Source of the DNA: Octopus sinensis
Lineage: Eukaryota
Direction of reading: 5' to 3'
Assembly (NCBI RefSeq): GCF_006345805.1
Contig: NC_043010.1
Location: 59,458,001 to 59,522,000, forward strand
Length of the DNA stretch: 64,000 nt
Below are positions 47,855-58,835 of this stretch, one piece after another. How positions within the stretch are numbered: position 1 is the stretch's first letter; each line of letters begins with the position of its first letter. The notes under the pieces were generated by a model that saw only the letters and a program-made list of their open reading frames with translations, searched no databases and was not told where the DNA came from. The translations under genes and the position numbers were made by a program.

Positions 47855-49040
47855 TTACAGTGTAGATTTGTAGTATCCTACAACTAGTTGATGTAAATAC
47901 AAAAGGCATTGGTAACTGATCAATCAAATGTTTGACTGTATTTGTAGTACTGAGTTTGTTAGGGGTTAGCAAATGATAAGTTTGTTTATCAACTATACCT
48001 CAGTCCAGGCTCTTTCAGTAGAAACAGTGTAAGCAATATACTGTGACAAATGTCAAATATTTGATATCTGGTGTTGTTTTTGTTAGAGTGTAATGTTTAA
48101 CTGAAGTTCACTTGCTTTTCTTAATAACAACACACCTTGTCTTATTAACATTCTTTAGTCAGAGTTTCAAATTTATTTCTAAAAAGTCTGCTCATTTCTA
48201 ACAGAAACATCTCAGATAGTTTGATGTGGTAATTAAATGCTAGTTGATAATTAATTAAAATATTTCTATTTGTTAAAAATATCCCCATTTGTAAGATTAT
48301 AAGCTATTTATTATTTGATATTAAGTTTAAGGAATAATTCAATTTTGTTTAACAATTCAGTAAAATAAAATCATTAGTCAATTAATTTCTGGCTAATATA
48401 GACAACTATTAATCCTCTTAGGTTTTAATGTTTCACTTATAGCCTTTCTGTTTAACAATTCAATGGGAGATTATAAAGTTTATTTAATTTTTTCATGTTC
48501 TGATGAATCTATAATGGCTGTTGCATGAAACTCAGTAAATTTAATCATGTCCATTCACAGTAATTTATTCTTATTTTAATAATGCATTTACTAGAGATTG
48601 CATTGAGTGGTCTCCAGATAAATGTCTCAGAAAAGGGATTTAATAATGGAAACAATTATTCCTTAAAATTAATTTCTGTAAGGTGACTGGTGTTAGGAAG
48701 GGCATCCAACCATAAATACCCTACCACAACAGACAGTAAAGCCTGGTGCAGTCTTCTGCCTAGCTAGCCCCTATCAAACTGTCCAACCCATGCCAACATG
48801 GAAAACAGACATTAAATGATGATGATGATGAAATTTCTTATAATCTTATGGAGGTATTTTTGATAAATGAGAGTATTTTGATTAATTATCAACTAGCATT
48901 TAATTACCACATCAAATTATCTGAGATGTTTCTGTTAGAAATGAGCAGATTTTTTAGAAATACATTTGAAACTCTGACTAAAGATCATTGTTACCAATGC
49001 CTATTGTATTTACATCAACTAGTTGAAGGATACTTCAAAT
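47855..49040. repeat. Nested inverted-repeat (foldback) element
   Basis: 48152-48262 pairs with 48874-48984 and 47873-47916 pairs with 48990-49033; an RTE-type tail (48680-48830) lies in the loop. Confidence 0.7.
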
Positions 49041-50933
49041 ATACTGACAACAAAAGCATTGGCAATAAATTTTGCCTAGCCTATGATATAGGTAATTTTC
49101 AGTGATTCTGTTAGCACTTATGAAAGGAATCTAGAAAAAGCAGAAATGCATGAGTTTTACAGAGTGAAAATTCATAAAACTGATGCTGAAGTGGATATTT
49201 TGAATTGGTAACATTGTAGGGATGGGAGCAGTGTCTTCCCTCAGATAGACTACAAGAGTGTTTCTTGCAGTTTATATTTCCACACAATTGACATTTGTTC
49301 CAAATGTGGTTGAACTGAAGCAGATAGAATTAATTTTCAATCTCAAAGACATGCAAATAAAAAACGTAGTCGCAAAGGTGGTTGTTTAATTTCCCTTTTA
49401 AACTTTATTGTACAACTAATGTGTTAGGCATTTGTACTTTGTTGTCAATCTTATGTCAGATACTCATAAAACCTTGTTTCGAAATTTGGTCATCTCACCT
49501 TACATACTGTTCTTATTTATGATATTTATGATAGAGAGGTATCATTTAAAAGTAAATAAAAGAAGCTACACAAACTAATGGCAGCAAATAATAGTGATGG
49601 TAGATAAAAATATAGTGGATAATATTATTATTTGCTTGTCAGGACGTGATTCAGTGTTACGCTTTTAAGAACTTTAGTTACGTAACGAAATGAAAGGCAC
49701 GAAATATTTGACATAAAACTAGTTCGTGGGTTACACTTTCAATCATCTTCGAAAAGGGAAAAAAATTTAAAGAGAATGAAATAATGTTATGGAGATCAAT
49801 AAATTTATACATCAAAATAAAAAGACAATTTTTTGAAATGCATAATAATTTCCATTTGTCTAGGTAGTCTGTATAAATTTTTCTTTCACTCATCGATTAA
49901 TTGCTCATGTTTCGAAATATAATTGTTTTAGTATTCTACGGCTTTCTTTTTCTCTCCGTGAGATTAAAACGTAATTCTCCATTTTATCGCTATTAACACC
50001 GAGAGAATAGAAGAAAGCGCACAAAACGGACACAGTAATAATTGCTTCACAAATAATCTGGCAGTTTTACTTCAACTTATATTTTATTTCAAAGAACATT
50101 GAAAGAAGCTTTCAGGCACCAACAAAAAAAAAAACAAAACAAAGAAAATAAACTAAGTTTTGGGTGTTTTTAGTAACAAATTTCGTCAGATTTAACTAAT
50201 ATTCATAAATCAGAGAAAATTCCTTTGATTTGTATTAGTCGGTGGTAGAGTTAAATAAAGTATTGTTTATTGGAAGACTTGTTTTAAGATAAAGCAGACG
50301 TTGAGGCGGGATAAATCAACTGACAGACGATCCCCATTCAAAGGGAGGTAACTTGCTTCCTTCGTTCAAATCAACTTCGGCGGCAATTTGCAGAACGGAA
50401 CATTTCTGGCCGGAATTTTGTGGAAAAACTCAAACTCAATCCGAAAAAATGGAGAAAAAGTGTTCTGTTTTACCAAATATACATGTGTATGTAATATTTT
50501 TATATTACTAATGTAATTTAATTCAGGTTTGAATTAGTTGAATAGTTAAAATAAATGTTATTGTTGTTTAACCCCGAGTTGACCCCGTCTTCGCCGACCC
50601 TCTGATTAAAGGTATCCTGTTGGTGAGCTTTTCGCCTGTTTAGAGGTGTAAAGGGTTACATTATGTTGGGCCCTTTCCTTATTTGAGATGTTAGGGAAGG
50701 ATTCGATGACTGTTGGGCTGTTATTTTTACAGTGGAAGACGACTACATGTGGGGTTACCTCGTAATGGCCGGCGGGGAAGGCTTAGGTGGTTTTTACTAA
50801 TTAAAGGTGCGAACCAATACGAATGTAAGACTTTTATTTATTTATGGAAATAAATTTGAGAATTTCATTTTTAAAATAAAAATTAGACGTTTAAAAGTCG
50901 GTAACATTCCAAATACCTGATAAAATGCTCCAG

Positions 50934-51070
50934 GTAAGTTAGAATCAGATTAAAATGATGGTATCGCTTGTGATAACGATTAGTGTGTTGGGTATTGCTG
51001 GAAAATTAAATTATCATTGTTCCATAATACCTTTTCTTTTTACATTGATAATTGCTGTTTTTCTTTCCAG
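50934..51070 (+). other. Predicted 5'-UTR intron of Pcdh gene B
   Basis: CAG|GTAAGT donor at 50934 and TTTTTCTTTCCAG acceptor ending at 51070, 41 nt before the ATG. Confidence 0.5.
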
Positions 51071-51111
51071 GATCTTGGTCATTTGTAATCATTTGAACGA
51101 TAACATCTACA

Positions 51112-53472
51112 ATGACATTACTAATTCTGATGGTAATAATATCTTTCTTCCTCCCTGGGGCATGTATAGACATTACAGTTCGTTTAAAAGAAGAAAATAG
51201 TCCCAAAAGCTATGTGGGGGACATCACTGCTAATTCACAAAAGTGGCTCCAGGACAAAGAAGATCTCAGTCAGATTACATTTAATCAACTCCAACAAAAG
51301 GAGACAAAATTATTCAATGTCACCCAGTCAGGGAAACTGTACACGGTTCGGACAGTGGATGCTGAGTCACTATGTAGATATAATACAGAATGTTATAAAA
51401 CTGTGAAAGTTGCTGTTCACAAAGGAAAAAACTTCTTGAAAATCTTGAAAATTAAAGTAGTTATAGAAGACATCAATGACCACCAACCTAAGTTTCCAGA
51501 GAAGGAAATCACTTTGCACTTTGGAGAAGGAGATGGCAAAGGAATGAAAAAGTCCATTCCAAATGCCATTGATAAAGATGTTGGAGTTTTAAATAGTGTA
51601 ATTAATTATCATTTAAAGAACAATGAGGAAATGTTTTCATTATTAGTTTCTAAAAGAGCTGATGGAATATCTCGACTAGAGATTGTTCTAGAAAGTAAAT
51701 TAAATAGAGAAGTGAAAGATATGTACAGTGTACAAGTTGAGGCTGAAGATGGAGGTTCCCCTTCTAAAAAGAGTGTATTAGATGTGAAAATATTAGTAGA
51801 AGATGAGAATGATAACTTACCAGTATTCTCACAGAATATTTATAATGTTACTATAAAAAGTTATTTTCAAAATGATGTACCTGTTGTCACTTTGTCAGCT
51901 ACAGATTCCGATATTGGCAATAATGGGAAAATAAATTATTATTTTAGTCCCAAAACGTCAGAACTTGATAGCAAACATTTTAGACTCGTTAAGAAAAGTG
52001 GTGAGATATTTTTGATTGATAAAATTGATGCTATCATTGACAATGAAGTTTATACATTATACATTGAAGCCAGAGATGGGGGCAACCCTCCTCTGAGTTC
52101 CATAGCAACTGTTATGGTAAATGTCATCAACCAACACAACAATCCCCCAAATATTGATGTGAACTTTATTTCTACACAGAATCACAACACAGCTACCATT
52201 CTGGAAGACATCAAAGTTGGTAGTTTCATTGCTTATGTGATGGTCACTGACAATGATGTTGGACACAATGGACAGGTTAACTGTCATATCAAAGACGACA
52301 CATTCAAACTACAGTCAATGGGATCGAAGGAATATAAAATAGTTCTAAAGAAAGCAGTAGACAGAGAGACACAGGAACATTATCACTTTACTGTGTCGTG
52401 TGAAGATAAAGGATTACCTGCTCTGAAAACTGATAAAGATCTGTCAATCCAAGTGTTGGATGTGAATGATGTAGAGCCACACTTTACGAAAGACACATTC
52501 AAGTTCCTTACCTATGAGAATGACAAAGCTAATTTCCCTATTGGCTTTATCAATGCTACAGACCCAGATATTGGTAAGGGAGGTGAATTGTCTTATTCTC
52601 TGAGAAATAAACAGCAATATCGTCTGCCATTCCAGATTATCAACTCTGGCTTTATTTCAACAAACCAGTCTTTAGACAGAGAACACAGAGATTTCTATGA
52701 GTTTGAGGTTTTTGTGAAAGACAATGGAAGCCCATCTCTGAATAACACAGTGAATGTTGAAGTGGAAGTATTGGATAGAAATGATAATGCTCCATATTTT
52801 ACATTTCCTAGTGTTGACCCTTTCACTCTTAATGTCCACTATCATCCGCAAAGTAAGAACGACATCACAGTTCTGAAAGCATCTGATATAGACAGTCACA
52901 TGAATGCTTTTCTCAGGTATGAAATCGTTTCAGGTAACGAGAGACAGTTATTTAAACTGGACTCTTTCACTGGTGTGTTATCTTACTCTCGCACAGTTTA
53001 CCAAAATGATGCCGGATCATATGAGCTTGAGTTTGTTGTGAAAGACAGTGGTACTCCAGTTCTGTCAGCAACAACTAGTGTGTCTTTGACACTGACTGTT
53101 AGTAACAAGACGTCACCAATGTTCACAGCTGTGCACCTACCAAGTGATAACACAATAGATGCGACATTGTTGATTATCATTGTAGTAGCAGCTGTGATAG
53201 TATCTATAGCTATTGTGGTTTCTATAACCCTGTGTATTGTGAGATGTAACAATGTGAGAAATAGCTCATCTGAAAGAACAGCAGAAGAGAAACAGGCATA
53301 CCAATGTCGCAATGAGATGAGACAGTTGATCTATCAAGGTAACAACAGTGTACCTGTGATGTCAGGTAATCGAGGAGAAATGTCTGACAGATATGGTCAT
53401 TTGAGGAGCCATTACTATCCTGAAGACTGGAAGACATCGACAATGAGCAGAACACTTCAAAAGTCCACAAAG
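51112..53472 (+). CDS. Pcdh: Protocadherin gene B, ectodomain exon (signal peptide, EC1-EC6, stalk, TM, proximal tail), intact
   Basis: 805-aa ORF with signal peptide MTLLILMVIISFFLPGACI, six cadherin repeats and TM LLIIIVVAAVIVSIAIVVSITLCIV; phase-0 donor AAG|GTAAGC at 53473. Confidence 0.95.
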
Positions 53473-53551
53473 GTAAGCACTATTTCAATGAATAAACTAT
53501 TAAATTATGTTCAACTGAGAATGTTTTAGCTGAATGTTTTATATTTTACAG

Positions 53552-53557
53552 TTACTT
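53552..53557 (+). CDS. Pcdh: Candidate 6-nt microexon (Leu-Leu) of gene B
   Basis: TTTTATATTTTACAG|TTACTT|GTAAGT; phase 0/0; 79-nt upstream intron. Confidence 0.4.
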
Positions 53558-53972
53558 GTAAGTTATTTGATGGCAAATGATAATCTGAGAAGATTCTACC
53601 AGGAACATCTAACATGAAGTCATACATTGCCATCAGGCATTTCTACCATTTGTCAGATTCCAGGCAAAATTGTGGAAACCCTTTCTTAGCAAGAATTCTG
53701 ATTGTTCTGTGAGCTCTACTCTTTAAGACAAACTGCCAAATTTTTTATTTCTTTTCTACCCAACATTGCACTACAAACACACAGTTAAAACATTTATTTT
53801 CTCCAAGAAAAGGTATGGCTCTTCTCTTAGAAAAAAAGCTATTTTTTATTTAAGTTGTACTGGATAACTCTTCCAGAATATGATGGAAAATCATCAGTCA
53901 TGAAGGATCTATAAGATTAATGCTTTCATGGACATTGGTCAGATTTGTTGGGAGGAAATATTCATATATCTA

Positions 53973-55000
53973 TGAGGTGGTATCAAAAAACTGATTATGT
54001 TTAATAAAATATAACTTATTTACCTAAGTTTTAACATCGTCTCCTTCAAAGTAGTCATTTTGCACAGGAATACATCAGTCCCAGCATTCCTGCCGCTTTT
54101 GGAATCCGGCCTGGAAGTTGTTTTCAATGAACGAGTCGAGGACCTTCTGCAATTCATTGTGGATCTTGAGAACAGTATTAAAATGGTGGTCTTTGAGCTG
54201 CCTTTTCATCTTGGGGGAAGAGATGGAAATCCACAGGTGACTAAATCTGGTGAATAGGGCAGGTGCAGAAGTGATACCATGTTGTTTTTGATGAGAAATT
54301 CACAAGTAAGGAGAGCTTTGTGACAGGGTGCATTGTCGTCATGAAGAATCCAGTTCTATGTACTCCACAGATATGGTCACTTTTGCCAAACATCCTTGCT
54401 TAAATGCTTCAAAATGTTGCAGTAGAACTCTTGATTGATGGTCTGGCCCCAGGGGATGAATTCTTGATACACAATGAGGCCAACGTTGAAAAAAAACGAT
54501 GAGCATGCTCTTGATTTAGCTGCAGTTCTGTTGTGCCATCTTTGGTTGTGAAGATGAAGAGTTTCTCCATTGTGACAACTGTTTCATCTCAGGGTCGTAT
54601 CTGTTGACCCAACACTTGTCATCAGCGAGGATCCTTGGATGGGTCATCAGTGGCACATTGACAGAGATCTTGACAGATATTGATACAATGTCCTTTCTGC
54701 TCAGTGGTCAACAAGTGGGGGACAAACTTAGCAGAGACACACTGTATATTCAATTTAGATGTTAGAATTACCTGCACAGACCCATACGACCTCAGCAATG
54801 TTATTGATTGCCCTCTGATGATCTTCATGCACAAGCTGATGTATTTTCTCCACATTTCTGGGTGTGATGCTCTTAGCAGGTCTTCCAGATTGCTCGTCCT
54901 CCAGGGACATTCTTCTGCTTTTGAAGCACCCATGCCACTTGAAACATTACATACAACCCATTGCCTCATCGCCATAAGCTTTCCAAAGCTTGTTCAGAAT
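53973..55000 (-). mobile_element. Degenerate mariner transposon in a gene B intron
   Basis: Minus fragments VSAKFVPHLLT.EQK, DECWV..YDPE, HHDDNAPCH and HLPYSPDL; TA plus TIR-like end at 53971-53990. Confidence 0.85.
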
Positions 55001-55363
55001 TTCGCATTGGCTCAAAAATATATATTTTGTAAGCAGTATATTACTATCTTTTAATGTATATATCAACTTCTTTTATAAGAGTGACATCTTGTTTCATTAA
55101 GAACTTATTAGTGTTACAATTTATTAACTTTTAATTGGATATATTATCTGTTGATATTTCAAATTACTTTCCACGCGTGTGCTTGTGTGTTATATTGTTC
55201 TTAGTCAGTTGATATAATATATAAGCAGCTGTTTTACCAGTCATGAATTGAGCCAAAATTGGTAATCCATTAAACAAGAACTAATGTATTTCGTATCAGG
55301 TGTATCACCGTCAGTCATAAATGATATCTCTATACTGTACCATGTTGTTACTGTATTTTATAG

Positions 55364-55517
55364 CAGAAATACAGCCAACCAATAGAGGTGACATCTTATG
55401 GAGACAACAGACCATCCTCTAACTATCCCACTGACACATTGACCAGTCGTAAGAGCAGTGGACAGTGCTGGAGTGAGCGGTCAAGCAGACAGTATGAAGA
55501 AATACCAGCAATGTCAG
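55364..55517 (+). CDS. Pcdh: Predicted cytoplasmic exon of gene B (QKYSQP...SGQCWSE..QYEEIPAMS)
   Basis: Tandem acceptor TAGCAG (55361-55366), open phase-0 frame, phase-1 donor CAG|GTAAAA at 55518; YEEIP parallels the gene A exon. Confidence 0.8.
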
Positions 55518-56089
55518 GTAAAACAATTTCATTCATTCATGTTTTGTTATTAATTCTGTTCATAGTTTTTACTTGAGAGATTAATCAGCTCTAAATCTCT
55601 AATTTACTAATGCTTTAAGCAACATGAATCATCTTTAGATGTTAAAAGTTGCTTTTGCTATTTTATCATGATGGAAATCAGCACAAATATAGATATGCTT
55701 CCAACCTAGATGGGTAGGGTTACTTTATCACACTTGCATTTCATTCTTGGCTGGATGCCCTTCATAACACTAACCACTTTACAGAATGTACTGGGTGCCT
55801 TTTTTGTGCCACCAGCACTAGAGAGGTGTTATGCCCTTCACAAAGTGTACTGGGTATACTTTTTATGACACCATCCCTAAAGAAGTAGCTATTTCTTCAA
55901 CCTCACCAGCCATTTCACAGAACGAGAAGCATAAGTCAGAGGCTTAAATGATAGTGATATGAAGGATGTCTGAAAACAGGTGCTGTGGTAGCAGTGCTTA
56001 GTATTCTGAGATAGGTGTACAAAGTGTTTGGGCTGAATTTGACAGATTGCATAAAAGAAAAAGAAACCACATTAAAAATAAAGTATTTT

Positions 56090-56560
56090 CTTTCAAAAAA
56101 TCAAAAACTATCAAGTAGATTATGGCTGGGAGATATCAGTTTGCTCAAAGTAGCTGCCCTCAGCTTCCACCTTGGCTCTGGAACTTGGTGTATGTGTCCC
56201 TCACTGTGTCCTGGTAAGATCTTCAAATGCTTCCTTTACTATGGCTACCAGCTCGGCCTTGGTGTTGCAAGCAGAGTGGTTGGTGCTTTTCTCAATTGTG
56301 CCCTGTACACAGTAATCCAAAAGAATTAGAAGACCAAAAATTGAGGCTGGTGAAGTCATAGAAATTCTCAGACAACCATCTCTGATTCTTTCCGGAGGTA
56401 TGGAAAAGAGCCCAATCCTGGCAACACACACAGGCTTCCCAGCAGCAACCCTCTCCAGCCAGGGTTTGACCACAGTCTTGAGCAGCTTCACATAACCATC
56501 TGAATTAAACCTAAGGCCCCGTTCATCAGTTGTTGGGAGAACACCTGCTGTGTCCCTTCC
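56090..56560 (-). mobile_element. Degenerate Tc1/mariner (maT-like) transposase fragment
   Basis: Minus ORF 56201-56491 VVKPWLERVAAG...DY..QG.IEK.TN...CNTKAEL. Confidence 0.65.
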
Positions 56561-57779
56561 TGCTGACCACAGCTACATAGTCTCCATTGCAGCTTAGGAT
56601 GTGTGGAAGATAAGGAACAAGAGGATACTGGCAGGAGTGATGGGGGTGATAACAGGAAGTAAAAGAGGTGAAGTTGAAGGTAGAGTGAACTGGGTATGAA
56701 TGGTTCAATTGGTCTTCGTATACATTGGCTAAAAGACCAACCAAAGGTGTCAAATGATCAGAGTGGTGTCAGAGGAAATGGAAAACAGGTGGGTTCTGTG
56801 AATGGCATAAAGGAATGTTTGGGGCAGAGTCAGAACAGGTGCAGTGATGTCTGTAGTTACAATGGAAGCCATGTACAGCAAAGTGAAGGAATATATTGCT
56901 ATCCTCACTCACATTGGGAAGAGGAGTGAATGGTTGAAAGATGAGCAATAGGCATGGGTGAAAAGAAGATGAAGGATAAAAGCATAGAGGGGAGAGTGCA
57001 ATTTGTGATGAACAGAAGAGGTGTGCTGCTATCGTCAGTCACACTGAGTGCATAGTATAGTGAGATTGGGAGATTGAGAAGAAGAAGAGGAAACGATTAA
57101 GAGATGAACATTAGGGGCAGGAAGCTAGGGTGAAAGAGATATGGGTGACAGTAGACTGATGAGTTATAGAGAAGTGTAATGCAAGGAATGAGAGATAGAG
57201 GTGTGAGTGACAAAGAAAGTGAGTAATATTGGGTGAGAGACTTATCAGTAAGCAGACGTGTACACATACATATACATATGCTTAATGATACATGTGTGTA
57301 TGTATACAAATATAGCTAACATTGTTTTAGTGTGTTTTGCCACGCCTAGATGAGAAAGCAGATCTCTCACACTGTGTAACTGGTCACTGCAGGCCTTTGT
57401 CATCGTCTCTGTGGTGTGTTATGGTTTCTGATCTGTCTTCACCATTTCACCTTTCTTGTATCTCTCTCTCTCTCTCTTCCACAGGTTCCATTTCCTTTGG
57501 GAAAACATGCACAATTAGTTGTTCATCTGAATAAATATGTAATTGTAGTGTGGTTTCTAGTGTGTTTGGAACAAATAGAGCAGAACTGTATTAGGAAACG
57601 ATATGGTGTGCATTTAATTGAAATAAGCTTCTTAGTTAAGGACACTTAAAACTTGATCTTTATTTTATATTATAGCCCAGTCATTGTAGCAGACTAGGAA
57701 TTGATTACTAACATCAGTAAATACCTATTTATTATATAAACTGTGTGATAAATGTAGTTGATATATGTGTGTGTTTCAG

Positions 57780-57901
57780 GAATCTATGGTGGTGCCCCAC
57801 CGGATGTATCAAGCACCAGTGAGAGAGACCATTACCAAGACAGATATGTGAAACCTCCAGAGAGACAGTTACCTTCAACACCAGATGTTGTTGTCAGTTA
57901 A
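57780..57901 (+). CDS. Pcdh: Predicted terminal exon of gene B (GIYGGAPP...KPPERQLPSTPDVVVS*)
   Basis: Acceptor GTGTTTCAG; phase-1 entry gives an open frame to TAA at 57899-57901; Pro-rich C-terminus. Confidence 0.75.
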
Positions 57902-58242
57902 GTGAGACTGAGAAATGAACACAACAGAAATAATATCTCACCTTCAACATTCACACAACATTTAAAACAACAGAAATATATTAGTTAGTTAACAATATTT
58001 CCCCACATGTGACTGTATATTTTTGTATGTGTCTGAGAGAATATTCATTTTATATATGCTTTGGAAAAGTTTGCACAAATGTAAAACAAAAGAGGAGCTT
58101 TAGAGATGAGTTATAAAATATTGCAGTTAGATAAGGCAAAGTTAAGGAATGATAAGAAATTATAGTCAGAGATTTTTCTTGGTGCAATACAATTTAAAAC
58201 TGAAAATGTAAATTGAATTTTACTTTACATACATAATTAGAA

Positions 58243-58256
58243 AATAAATAAATAAA
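58243..58256 (+). terminator. Overlapping AATAAA polyadenylation signals, candidate 3' end of gene B
   Basis: AATAAATAAATAAA ~340 nt after the stop codon; AT-rich context lowers specificity. Confidence 0.35.
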
Positions 58257-58539
58257 TTGTTAAGATTTGAGAAAATTTATTTCACAGAGTTTTAATATCA
58301 CCTTTAAATTTCCCATTTATATATCCTGATATAAGAGAGTTAGTTTAGAATTAGGTCAAACACACACTAACAGTTATTGTCAATAATATATTTACATTTT
58401 AATTACACCCACATTACACACATCAGCCATATTGTTAATATAACCTTCTGTTCTAAGGATTTCTACTGTCAGTCTCTCTCCACATCAGACATGTTGGGTG
58501 TTATATAGACTTATCATGGCTGACTGTTAGTGAGCGATT

Positions 58540-58835
58540 GTGTGTCTTCTCTCTCACTACTCTCTCTGTCTTTCTGTGAGGGAAACATAACATCTAATCT
58601 GAGTGAGGCGGAGTAAGCATCACCCATCCCTCACTTGCACACACACACACATTATACACCACACATCCACAAAGGAAGACTGAAGGGAACTGCTGGTTCC
58701 CACTGACTCACCACCAACACTATTCCATCAACATGAAGCCATTGTCACACCATAGCAGCAGTGACACAGACACCATTAAGCAACAGAACATTGGGACCAA
58801 GTCACAGTTTATACAACAGGATTTTACACATGAAG
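58540..58835 (+). promoter_or_regulatory. Candidate promoter / non-coding first exon of gene C
   Basis: GC-richer, non-repeat-like segment with CT/CA tracts ending in GAAG|GTAAGT at 58836; gene C has an unpaired acceptor at 63265-63266. Confidence 0.3.

Noticed and set aside
53473-53529. C-terminal VSTISMNK...RMF of the 805-aa ORF as the real terminus
   Set aside because: It begins at a consensus donor, and phase-compatible downstream exons exist.
9633-57901. Vertebrate-style variable exons spliced to one shared constant region
   Set aside because: Genes A and B each have their own downstream cytoplasmic exons in this window; cross-splicing remains only a hypothesis.
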